A DNA stretch of 64,000 nt from an uncultured Chloroflexia bacterium. Its GTDB lineage: Bacteria > Chloroflexota > Dehalococcoidia > Dehalococcoidales > UBA2162. The stretch is taken from NCBI GenBank assembly GCA_963735055.1, contig CAVTJN010000005.1:5804-69803 (forward strand). The letters run 5' to 3'. Positions 47,534-55,984 of the stretch are shown piece after piece. Numbering within the stretch: position 1 is the first letter of the stretch; each line of letters begins with the position of its first letter. A program made the position numbers and the translations under genes. The notes under the pieces were generated by a model that saw only the letters and a program-made list of their open reading frames with translations, had not been told where the DNA came from and did no database searches.

Positions 47534-48763
47534 CTATTCCGTGTATCTGGGCAGTCCGAGGGTCCTCTGCGCAATCACGTTTCTCTTGACCTCGGAGGTG
47601 CCGGTCATGATCGTTCTGCCACGAGAAGCAAGGAAACTCCTCTGCCAGGCGCCGTGGTCGATGGCGTGCTTAGAGCCTCTCACCAGCTGGCTGTATGGTC
47701 CCTCCAAGTACATCGCAAAGTCCTCCATGCGTTGGGCCACCTCCATTAACAAGAGGCTGCCGACCGAACTTTCGGGTCCGGGCATCTGCCCGCGCAGTTG
47801 ACGCGTCAACGCCCGCAGGCCAATGTATTTGCACACGTTGGCCTCGATGTAGAACTGGGCGATCCGTTGTCGGGTCACCGGGTCCTTGGAGAGTGGCTGA
47901 CCATTGCGTTCCATCTTCTGAGCGAGTCCGATGAGTCTCTCTACGGTGCTGAGGTGCTGGATAGCAGAGCTCGAGTTAGATCTTTCAAACTCGAGGGTGC
48001 CCATGGATATGTACCAGCCCCTTCCTCTTTCGCCGAGCATCAGACCCTTGGAGATGCGCACGTTATCAAGAAACGTCTCCCCGAATGCCGCGGCGCCGGT
48101 AATTTCCCGCAACGGTCGCACCGTGACTCCGGGAGAATGCATGTCCATAAGGAAATAACTGAACGTCCGGTGCCGCGGCATTTTGGGATCAAATTCCGTT
48201 TTTGCCAGTAGAATCGCCCAATCGGCTCTCATTCCCCCGGTCGTCCAGACTTTCTGCCCGTTGACGACATAGGAGTCTCCGTCCTCAACGGCACGCGTCT
48301 GAGCACCGGCAAGATCGGAACCAGCACCGGGCTCGGAAAAGGCTTGACACCAGACTTCTTCACCGCTGAGGATCTTCGGAAGGAAACGTTTCTTCTGCTC
48401 TTCAGTCCCGTGGGCGATGATAGTGGGTCCCGCCCATCCGATGCCGAGACCGCCCACACCCGAAGGTAATCGACGCTTGGCCATCTCTTCGTTGAAGATG
48501 ACCTGTTCCATCAGAGTGGCGCCGCGGCCGCCGTACTCCTTCGGCCAGGCGATGCCGACATAACCGGCGTCATGCAACTTCTTGTGCCACCACCGTGTGA
48601 ATTCATTGGCTTCGTCTGGCTCGGCGGAAAGAAGTAAGGTATCTTGGGCGCCCGAAGCACCCAATCTGCTCCGCCTTTGGCGCAGCTCTTTCGTGTTCGA
48701 ATCCAGCCAGTCACACAGTTCTTTCCGAAAGGCTTCCTCTTGTGGCGATAGATAAAAGTCCAT
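47534..48763 (-). CDS. Acyl-CoA dehydrogenase family protein (long type, 409 aa)
   Basis: WPKEYGGRG, CQAFSEPGAGSDLAG, VNGQKVWTTG. C-terminus ..IMTGTSEVKRNVIAQRTLGLPR. Confidence 0.85.
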   Translation of the reverse strand: MDFYLSPQEEAFRKELCDWLDSNTKELRQRRSRLGASGAQDTLLLSAEPDEANEFTRWWHKKLHDAGYVGIAWPKEYGGRGATLMEQVIFNEEMAKRRLPSGVGGLGIGWAGPTIIAHGTEEQKKRFLPKILSGEEVWCQAFSEPGAGSDLAGAQTRAVEDGDSYVVNGQKVWTTGGMRADWAILLAKTEFDPKMPRHRTFSYFLMDMHSPGVTVRPLREITGAAAFGETFLDNVRISKGLMLGERGRGWYISMGTLEFERSNSSSAIQHLSTVERLIGLAQKMERNGQPLSKDPVTRQRIAQFYIEANVCKYIGLRALTRQLRGQMPGPESSVGSLLLMEVAQRMEDFAMYLEGPYSQLVRGSKHAIDHGAWQRSFLASRGRTIMTGTSEVKRNVIAQRTLGLPRYTE

Positions 48764-48997
48764 ACCATCTCCTTAGATCCGGCGATGCCCGAATGGAGGC
48801 CGTCATCGGGTCACTATCCCGGGCTCCCGCCCGGGCACCCAGGACACCGGCGAACTCGCGGCCCGTCTCGGGACGCGTGCGTCTGTCTCCTGTCTAAAAG
48901 GCTTATCCCGTGATGTTCACTGGACAGGCGCGAGCCGGAGACCGATGACGCGGGCCACCTCGTCCGCAGTCCCCTGGCTCGCGCGAATACTAGTCCA

Positions 48998-49819
48998 CTA
49001 ATACGTGAACAGGTCCAGTCCACCCATCACATGCATGTCCTGGCCGGTGATGTACCTGGCCTGGACTGAACATAAGTAGGCCACCATGTTGGCGACATCC
49101 GCCGGTTTGCCGAATTCACGCATGGCTATCTTGGCCTTGATGCGGTCAAAGGTCTCGCCCTGCTGCGGGCCTCGGGGGGGCGCTCCCGGGGGCGCTCCCG
49201 GTGGGGGCGGGGGTGGTGCGGCGGGCCGGTCTCCAACAGTATCAACCACGCCCAGGGTAACCGCGTTGGCGGTGATGCCAACCCGGGCGCCTTCCAGGGC
49301 CGCCGTCTTGGCCAGCGAGATCACGGCGCCTTTGGCCGCCGAGTAGTTGGCCTGTCCGAATCCACCCTGTACGCCGGCGATGGACGAAATGTTGACGATG
49401 CGTCCGAACTTCTTCTCGACCATCGACTCCCAGACTTCCCGGATCCAGTACCAGGGACCATCGAGGTCGATCTTCATCAGGTTCTTCCAGTCCTCGACCG
49501 TAGTCTTGTCGATGCGTCCGCCGCCCCTCAGCAAGGCGGCGTTGTTGACCAGGATCTCCGGCGGACCGAGTTCGGCTTTGATTCGGGCCACGGCTGCCTT
49601 GACCTGCTCGTAGTCACTCTGGTCGGCTTTGACGGCAATCGCTCTTCTGCCCATATCCCGGATCGATTTGGCCACTTCTTCGCATCCGGGCATCACGATA
49701 TCCACACAGGCGATATCGGCGCCTTCCTCAGCGAGGGTGGTCGCGATCGACGCCCCCATGGCGCCCTTGCGGTTGGTCCCGGTAACGATGGCAACTTTTC
49801 CCTTAATCCCGAAGTCCAT
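48998..49819 (-). CDS. Short-chain dehydrogenase/reductase (FabG-like) with a ~19-aa Pro-rich insertion
   Basis: GKVAIVTGTNRKGAMG, NNAA, SSIAG...YSAAKGAV. The insertion DRPAAPPPPPPGAPPGAPPRGPQQ sits in the substrate loop. Confidence 0.85.
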   Translation of the reverse strand: MDFGIKGKVAIVTGTNRKGAMGASIATTLAEEGADIACVDIVMPGCEEVAKSIRDMGRRAIAVKADQSDYEQVKAAVARIKAELGPPEILVNNAALLRGGGRIDKTTVEDWKNLMKIDLDGPWYWIREVWESMVEKKFGRIVNISSIAGVQGGFGQANYSAAKGAVISLAKTAALEGARVGITANAVTLGVVDTVGDRPAAPPPPPPGAPPGAPPRGPQQGETFDRIKAKIAMREFGKPADVANMVAYLCSVQARYITGQDMHVMGGLDLFTY

Positions 49820-49867
49820 ACTAACCTCCTGATAACCTGGCTGCCAGCTCTGCTGTCAGCCCCCTCA

Positions 49868-50659
49868 TTATTCTCCCTTATAGGCCGGCTTTCTCTTCTC
49901 CATGAAGGCCTTCCGCCCTTCGGCGAAGTCCTTAGACGATGTGACCTTACGTCCCAATTCGCTTTCCAGCTTCAGTCCTTCGGCCAGCGTCATATCCAGC
50001 CCGCGGAACATGGCTTCCTTGGCGGCGCGCACGGCCAGAGGAGCGCACTCGCATATCTGGGCGGCCCATTCCTTTGCCGTCGTCATGAGGTCTTTCGACG
50101 GAACGACCTTACTGACCAGATTCAGGTTGAATGCTTCCTGGGCATCGATACGCTTTCCCATGAGCAGAAGTTCCGCCGCCTTGCCCACCGGAATCATCCT
50201 CGGCAACCGTTGACTGCCTCCCCACCCTGGTATCAGCCCCAGGGTCACCTCGGTCAGGCCGAAACGAGCGTTCTCCGAGGCAATCCTGATGTCGCAGGCC
50301 AACGCGATCTCAAAACCGCCGCCAAAGGCATAGCCGTTGACCGCCGCAATCAGAGGCTTCCACAGTTCCAATCCGCGCACCAGTGTTGCCTGCGGCGCTG
50401 CTGGCCGGGGAGGCGGTGCTCCACCTGGGGCGCCTCCAGGCGGCGGACCGCCGGTCCCACTCCTCAGGTCAAGGCCGGTGCAGAAAGCCTTCTCGCCGGC
50501 TCCAGTGATGATGCCGACCCAGAGGTCCGGGTTGTCCCGGAAATCGATGAGGGCATCAGTCCACTCCGCGAGCGCCTGTGGGCTCAGGGCATTCAGGACT
50601 TCCGGCCGGTTGATGGTGAAGATAGCGATCTTACCTTCCTTCTGATAATCAATGGGCAT
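49868..50659 (-). CDS. Enoyl-CoA hydratase/isomerase (crotonase) family protein with a Pro/Gly-rich loop
   Basis: ITGAGEKAFCTGLDL ... IAAVNGYAFGGGFEIALACD. The loop reads SGTGGPPPGGAPGGAPPPRPAAP. Confidence 0.85.
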   Translation of the reverse strand: MPIDYQKEGKIAIFTINRPEVLNALSPQALAEWTDALIDFRDNPDLWVGIITGAGEKAFCTGLDLRSGTGGPPPGGAPGGAPPPRPAAPQATLVRGLELWKPLIAAVNGYAFGGGFEIALACDIRIASENARFGLTEVTLGLIPGWGGSQRLPRMIPVGKAAELLLMGKRIDAQEAFNLNLVSKVVPSKDLMTTAKEWAAQICECAPLAVRAAKEAMFRGLDMTLAEGLKLESELGRKVTSSKDFAEGRKAFMEKRKPAYKGE

Positions 50660-50701
50660 TTTTTCCTCCTTCCCGTCTCTTATTCTCTACCAATGGTGAT
50701 G

Positions 50702-51898
50702 TTAACGTCGAGGCAAACCAAGCCCTCGCGTGGCTATTGTGGTCCTCTGGATCTCGGAACTGCCGCCCAACAACCTGGACTGATGGCTGGTCAAGTACGT
50801 CTGCCCGATTATGCCATCCTGCCAGGCACGTTTGGAGCCTCTCATCAACTGGCCGTGAAGGCCCAGGAGTTGAGTCCCCATGTCGGTTATCTGCTGGCTC
50901 AGCTCAGAGCTGAAGACCTTACCCAGAGAGGCCATCAGGGTGTAATCCCGTCCCTGACTTTGCAGCCAGTAGGCATACTTGCCAAATAGTCCGGCGATCT
51001 CGGCTTTTATCGCTACGTCAGCCAGCCGGTACATCCACACGTCTTTTCCGCCCCTGAGGGACCCTGCCGTCTCCCCCTCTTTGACGTAACGGGTCAAACG
51101 GTCGACAGACCGCCGGGCCCCCCTTCCCACAAGGATCAGACTGGACCTTTCTGCGTTCAGCAGCGCGCCGGCAACCCGGGCTCCGTCATTGAGTTTACCG
51201 ACGAGATTCTCTTTGGGGACTCTAACGTCGTCTAGAAATGTCTCGCAGAAGTCGAAGGATCCTGCCATATTCTGGATGGGGCGAAGGGATATGCCCGGCG
51301 ATTTCATGTCGATGAGAAGGAAGCTGATCCCGAGGTGTTTCCTCGGAGCGTTGGGGTCGGTCCTGACCAGGAAGAACCCCCAGTCGGAACGGTGGGCGCC
51401 CGTCGTCCAGATCTTCTGGCCATTCACGATGAAGCAGTCGCCGTTATCCACGGCCCTGGTCTGCAGCGAAAAGAGGTCCGAGCCGGCGTTGGGCTCGCTA
51501 AAGCCCTCACACCAGACCACCTCGCCCTTGCCCAGCGGGATGAGGTGCTGTCTCTTTTGCTCCTCGGTCCCGTTTGCCAGCAGTATCGGCGCCAGCATCT
51601 CCAGACCGAATCCGTTGACTCCAGGAAGGTTCACTTTGGATGTCTCTTCAGTAAAAACAAGCTTCAGCGGGATGCCGGCCGCACCTCTGCCACCGTATTC
51701 CTCGGGCCAGGTCAGCGACAGCCAGCCCTTCTGTCCCAATTTACGGGCAATTCGCCGGGTGGCGATATTACCATCGTCACTGAACGAACCGCGGGCGTCG
51801 TTGATGATTTCTATGTCGGCGGATTCCTGTTTCAGGAATGCCTGCACTTCCTTACGGAAGGCCTCTTCTTCTGGCGTGCTGGCGATATTGAAATCCAT
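50702..51898 (-). CDS. Acyl-CoA dehydrogenase family protein (long type, 398 aa)
   Basis: WPEEYGGRG, CEGFSEPNAGSDLFS, VNGQKIWTTG. C-terminus ..LLGGSSEIQRTTIATRGLGLPRR. Confidence 0.85.
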   Translation of the reverse strand: MDFNIASTPEEEAFRKEVQAFLKQESADIEIINDARGSFSDDGNIATRRIARKLGQKGWLSLTWPEEYGGRGAAGIPLKLVFTEETSKVNLPGVNGFGLEMLAPILLANGTEEQKRQHLIPLGKGEVVWCEGFSEPNAGSDLFSLQTRAVDNGDCFIVNGQKIWTTGAHRSDWGFFLVRTDPNAPRKHLGISFLLIDMKSPGISLRPIQNMAGSFDFCETFLDDVRVPKENLVGKLNDGARVAGALLNAERSSLILVGRGARRSVDRLTRYVKEGETAGSLRGGKDVWMYRLADVAIKAEIAGLFGKYAYWLQSQGRDYTLMASLGKVFSSELSQQITDMGTQLLGLHGQLMRGSKRAWQDGIIGQTYLTSHQSRLLGGSSEIQRTTIATRGLGLPRR

Positions 51899-51927
51899 GG
51901 TGCACCGCTCCCTGTTATCGATTTCCG

Positions 51928-53073
51928 CTAGCTAGCTACTTGGCTACTTATGGCCTCAACCGCTTTCCACTGGTAGAAGTCAGCGTCACCAAAAGCGGAT
52001 TCCGCTGCCTTGGTGCGCCGGGTGTAATAGTGGAGATCGTGGTCCATCGTCGTGCCGATAGCACCGTGGATCTGATGGGCCAAAGCAATCACGCGCGGAC
52101 AAGCCTGGCTCGCCCACGCTTTGGCGACCGCCGTTTCCCAGGTACAAGGCATGCCCTCACTTACCTTCCAAGCCGCCTGATAGGCGGAAAGCATCGTGCC
52201 GTTCACGTCTATGGCCATGTTGGCGCAGTGGTGCTGCACCGCCTGGAAGCTGCCGATCGGTCCGCCCGACACAACCCTCTCTTTGGCGTAGGCAACCGTC
52301 ATTTCGAAGACACGCTGCAGCGAACCGACCATATCACAGCACTTGGCCACTGCTGCCCGTTCGATCATCCTCTCGACGTTCCCCCATCCGCGGTCCAGCT
52401 CACCCAGAATGTTGTCCTTGGGCACTCTCACCTTGTCAAAGACGACCTCGCAGAGCTTGTCATTGGCTATGGTTTTCAAGACGGTCCAGCTTATGCCCGG
52501 GCTCCTTGCGTCGACGATGAATGTGGTAATCCCGTCCTCGGGGGTAGCTCCCGGGCGTGTCCGGGCAACGCATAGCAGGTAATCGGCAACGTTGGCGTCG
52601 GGAACGAACATCTTGACTCCGTCAATGACAAAACTGTCCCCGTCAGCCCTAGCTTGAACCCGGATGCCGGAGGCATCGTATTTGGCGCTGTCTTCGGTCA
52701 AGGCAAGGGTAAGAACTGCCCTGCCAGCTGCTATCTTGGGGAGATACTGCTCCCTCTGCTTTTCAGTCCCGAAATCAAGGATAGGCAGCGCCCCGAGCAC
52801 CACCGTGGAAAAGAACGGGCCAGGAAGGCAAGCGCGACCCATCTCTTCCAGCAACACCGCAAGGTCAAGAAAAGCCATACCTGCCCCGCCGTACTTTTCC
52901 GGGAGAACGAGTCCCATCCAGCCCATATCGGCCAGCTCTTTCCAGAATTCAGGCGTGTACCCGGTCTGGCTGTCTTCCATCTCCTTGACCGCCTTCTTGG
53001 GTAGCGCCCTGGTTAGAAAGTCCCTGGCCGCGTCTCGTAACATCAATTGCTCTTCGGAGAAATCAAGATTCAT
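51928..53073 (-). CDS. Acyl-CoA dehydrogenase family protein (short type, 381 aa)
   Basis: Paralogue of 46382..47518. C-terminus ..HGAIGTTMDHDLHYYTRRTKAAESAFGDADFYQ. Confidence 0.85.
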   Translation of the reverse strand: MNLDFSEEQLMLRDAARDFLTRALPKKAVKEMEDSQTGYTPEFWKELADMGWMGLVLPEKYGGAGMAFLDLAVLLEEMGRACLPGPFFSTVVLGALPILDFGTEKQREQYLPKIAAGRAVLTLALTEDSAKYDASGIRVQARADGDSFVIDGVKMFVPDANVADYLLCVARTRPGATPEDGITTFIVDARSPGISWTVLKTIANDKLCEVVFDKVRVPKDNILGELDRGWGNVERMIERAAVAKCCDMVGSLQRVFEMTVAYAKERVVSGGPIGSFQAVQHHCANMAIDVNGTMLSAYQAAWKVSEGMPCTWETAVAKAWASQACPRVIALAHQIHGAIGTTMDHDLHYYTRRTKAAESAFGDADFYQWKAVEAISSQVAS

Positions 53074-53154
53074 CTTACCTGCCTTCCTTCGGTCTGGATC
53101 ATACTCCGCCTCCAGATGTCTTCCAGACTGTTGTTCCCAGCGGGTGTGTTGCAG

Positions 53155-54336
53155 CTAGTCTCTCTGGCCGAAGATGCTGACCGTACCCATGCCACTACCC
53201 GGGTTCATGCCGAAGTTGTGGGTGAGACCGATACTCGGGTTCTTGCGTTGTCTCGGGCCCGCTTTGCCCTGCATCTGTTTGTAGATTTCGTAGGCCATTC
53301 TGAGACCGCTGGCGCCGATGGGATGGCCGAAGCTCTTCAGTCCCCCATCCGGGTTGACCGCTAGTTTGCCGTTAAGCTCGAATGTGCCGGCTTTGATCAG
53401 CTCGGGAGCCTTGCCGCGCGGGGCGAAGCCGAGGTCTTCCATAATCACCAGTTCGGTGATGCTGAAGCAGTCATGGACCTCACACAGGTCGATTTCGTTG
53501 AAGGGGTCCTTGATGCCCGCCTGGGTGTAGGCCTGTTTGGCTGCCCTGACTGTCTCCTCCATGTGGGTCATGTCGTAGCTGGGCTGGAGGTAACCCTGTC
53601 GGGCGCCGACGGCCAGACCGAGCCCTTTCACCAGAATATAGTCGTCGCGGAACGTCTTCGCCATGTCAGCCCGGCAGACGATGGCGCAAGCACAGCCATC
53701 GCTGACGCCGCAGGCGTCATACAGCCCGAGCGGCCACGCCACCAGTGGCGCATTGACCGCTTGCTCCTCGGTAATATCACGCTGGAAGTGGGCCTTGGGG
53801 TTGAGCGAACCGTTATGGTGGTTCTTAACCGATATCTTGGCCAAAATGTGCTTGAACTCATCGAACGTGTACCCGTACTGGTACATGTAGCGGCTGGCCA
53901 TGCGGGCAAAGAACATCGCCGCCCCCGCCCCCATCTCCATCGTCCCGTTGCCCCCGCCCCCGCCGCCGCCGCCGCCGAGTCCGCCCACTCCCTGGTCCTT
54001 TAACTTCTCAACGCCGATCGCCAGGGCGATATCGTACATCCCGGAAGCAACGCCGAAACAGGCATTGCGCAGCGCTTCGGTAGCCGTGGCACACAGGTTC
54101 TCCACTCTGGTGACGGGGATGTAGTCGAATTTGAGTGCTGTCGCACAGGGTTCGGCGGTGTTGAGCCGCGTCGTGCCAAACCAGCACGCCTGGATGTCTT
54201 TGGCCTCGATCCCAGCGTCCTCATAGGCTTCAAAGGCGGCATCTACCATCATGTCCTCGGGGCTCTTATCCCAGTTCTCCCCGAACTTGACGCATCCCAT
54301 GCCGACGATGGCGACTTTGTCCTTTATGCTCTCCAT
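53155..54336 (-). CDS. SCP-x / archaeal-type thiolase-like protein with a poly-Gly insertion
   Basis: VAIVGMGCVKFG, the nucleophile context VENLCATATEA, GGLKSFGHPIGASG. Insert GVGGLGGGGGGGGGNG. Confidence 0.85.
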   Translation of the reverse strand: MESIKDKVAIVGMGCVKFGENWDKSPEDMMVDAAFEAYEDAGIEAKDIQACWFGTTRLNTAEPCATALKFDYIPVTRVENLCATATEALRNACFGVASGMYDIALAIGVEKLKDQGVGGLGGGGGGGGGNGTMEMGAGAAMFFARMASRYMYQYGYTFDEFKHILAKISVKNHHNGSLNPKAHFQRDITEEQAVNAPLVAWPLGLYDACGVSDGCACAIVCRADMAKTFRDDYILVKGLGLAVGARQGYLQPSYDMTHMEETVRAAKQAYTQAGIKDPFNEIDLCEVHDCFSITELVIMEDLGFAPRGKAPELIKAGTFELNGKLAVNPDGGLKSFGHPIGASGLRMAYEIYKQMQGKAGPRQRKNPSIGLTHNFGMNPGSGMGTVSIFGQRD

Positions 54337-55788
54337 TTACTTTGCCTCCTTTGCCTGAGCCGGGGCGGCCGCAGGCGTTAGCCACGTCTCTCTTAACGGC
54401 TTGCACCGCCAGAAATAGTTGTGGACCTGGCCCCCCACCCCGAGCTTCCTGAAACTCATCTCCACTTCGCTCCCGATCAGGTCTTTGGATTCGACTTTGG
54501 CGGGCAGCGAGATGTCGGTCATGCCGAAAAGCGCCCGGCCACCACCCTCGAAGTCAACCATCGTGTCGATGCCGGGCCGCATGTAGGCCGGGACATCAGG
54601 CTTGAGCACGAACAGGAAGACTTTCGCTTTCTTGTCAGACATCCGGATGGAATCAAAGTTGTCCTTCTGATGGCAACTCGTGCACACCCGCTGCGGCGGA
54701 AACTGGATCGTGCCGCAGTTCTTGCACTTCACACCGTGCATCCGGTAGATGTAGTCGCGCTCCCGGGCAATCTCCGACGCCGAGGCGCTTCCGCCCCGCT
54801 CCGGGTCCGCCGCGGCTACATTCTGGAACGCAGCCTGCTGGTCCATCCCGGTTACCATCATCTTGGATGCCAGGCCCCGCTTCATGCCCCACTTGGGCTT
54901 GACCTGGCTGATCTTGTCGGTGGCCTGGAACAACAGAATGTCTGCCCCGTCACCATAGCTCACGCACATGATCTTGTCGCCCGGTTTGGCGTCTTCAAGG
55001 GCCGCCACCAGTTGCATCAAACTGAAGGCCGCCCCCGTGTTCCCCATCTTGTCGAAGAAGGGATTCTGCAGTTGGGCCGGCGTCACCTTGAGCCGCGCCG
55101 CCATTTCCCGGTGCCGGCGGGCATCCGGGGCGTACAGGACTACCTTCGACAGGTCGGCCATGTTCACCCCTGCTTTCTTCATGAAACGGGCCACGGCGTC
55201 GGGAATGACCTTCTGATATCCCACTTCAAATACCCACCGGTCTTCCCAGGTGCGCGTGCGCCGCGCCCCTTCGGCGCGCCATACATCCAGTAGTTCGTTC
55301 GATATGGAGTAGCTGTCAACCAGCGTGGCGGCTACGTCGCTGTCACCAATAATGAAAGCGGCCGCACCATCACCAAAGTCCTGGTCCAGCCCAGCGCTTC
55401 CCAGCCGGCGGTCCGATGCCGTCACCAGCACGCGCTTGGCCGACCCCGCTTTCACCGTGTCTGCCGCCATCCTGAAGGCAGTGGTGCCGCACCGCAGCGT
55501 GTCCGTTATGTCCGCCGTCGCCATGTCGGTCCGCAGGTCGGCGGCCAGGCCCAGGGTCGTGGCCGTCAGTTTCTCGCGGTAGGGAGCCGTGGTCGATGCG
55601 AAGTACAGTCCGTCAATCCGATTCCGGTCACCGTCGCCGATACAATCCAGCGCCGCGGCAACTGCCATGGTCAGGCTATCTTCATCCCAGGATGCCACCG
55701 CCTTTTCGGTCTGAGCCATCCATCCCCTCGTCCCCGGCCCCAGCCTGTGTAGTGGAACATAGGCGCCATAGGACACTATACCTACCAT
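54337..55788 (-). CDS. HMG-CoA synthase-like (thiolase-fold condensing enzyme) fused to a C-terminal DUF35 zinc-ribbon/OB-fold domain
   Basis: N-terminal MVGIVSYGAYVPLHRL, SWDEDSLTMAV, TLRCGTTAF, MGNTGAAF. C-terminal CKNCGTIQFPPQRVCTSC plus an OB-like tail. Its stop abuts the thiolase start. Confidence 0.8.
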   Translation of the reverse strand: MVGIVSYGAYVPLHRLGPGTRGWMAQTEKAVASWDEDSLTMAVAAALDCIGDGDRNRIDGLYFASTTAPYREKLTATTLGLAADLRTDMATADITDTLRCGTTAFRMAADTVKAGSAKRVLVTASDRRLGSAGLDQDFGDGAAAFIIGDSDVAATLVDSYSISNELLDVWRAEGARRTRTWEDRWVFEVGYQKVIPDAVARFMKKAGVNMADLSKVVLYAPDARRHREMAARLKVTPAQLQNPFFDKMGNTGAAFSLMQLVAALEDAKPGDKIMCVSYGDGADILLFQATDKISQVKPKWGMKRGLASKMMVTGMDQQAAFQNVAAADPERGGSASASEIARERDYIYRMHGVKCKNCGTIQFPPQRVCTSCHQKDNFDSIRMSDKKAKVFLFVLKPDVPAYMRPGIDTMVDFEGGGRALFGMTDISLPAKVESKDLIGSEVEMSFRKLGVGGQVHNYFWRCKPLRETWLTPAAAPAQAKEAK

Positions 55789-55858
55789 AATCTACCTCTC
55801 CTTCTTAAGGGTGTCTAAGCCGTGTTGATGCGCACCACGCGTCGGAAAACGTGGCCGA

Positions 55859-55887
55859 AGTATATCACCTTGGGTATCAAGTGTCAA
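55859..55887 (-). promoter_or_regulatory. Promoter TTGACA-N17-(TGa)TATACT (minus strand) for the beta-oxidation-like operon
   Basis: The reverse complement reads TTGACActtgatacccaaggtgaTATACT, ~65 nt upstream of the start at 55788. Confidence 0.6.
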
Positions 55888-55908
55888 TATAGATATCGAC
55901 CACGACTA

Positions 55909-55937
55909 TTGATACTTGCCGGCCGGAATGCTAGAAT
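55909..55937 (+). promoter_or_regulatory. Promoter TTGATA-N17-(TGc)TAGAAT for the MarR gene
   Basis: TTGATA at 55909-55914 and TAGAAT at 55932-55937. It overlaps the track's TTG start at 55916, which argues for the ATG at 55985 instead. Confidence 0.55.
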
Positions 55938-55984
55938 CTAGACATAACAGAAAGGTCGCCATTCCCAGTCCGGGGTCTCCAAAG

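Noticed and set aside
46740-47801. 353-aa plus-strand ORF spanning two ACAD genes
   Set aside because: It is antisense and Ser/Pro-rich, and it crosses an intergenic junction. The same reasoning applies to 51189..51935, 54421..55293, 60579..61553 and 31761..32699.
48814-49023. 69-aa minus-strand ORF in the operon spacer
   Set aside because: It is Arg/Ser/Gly/Pro-rich, has no Shine-Dalgarno site, and overlaps the 3' end of the SDR gene.
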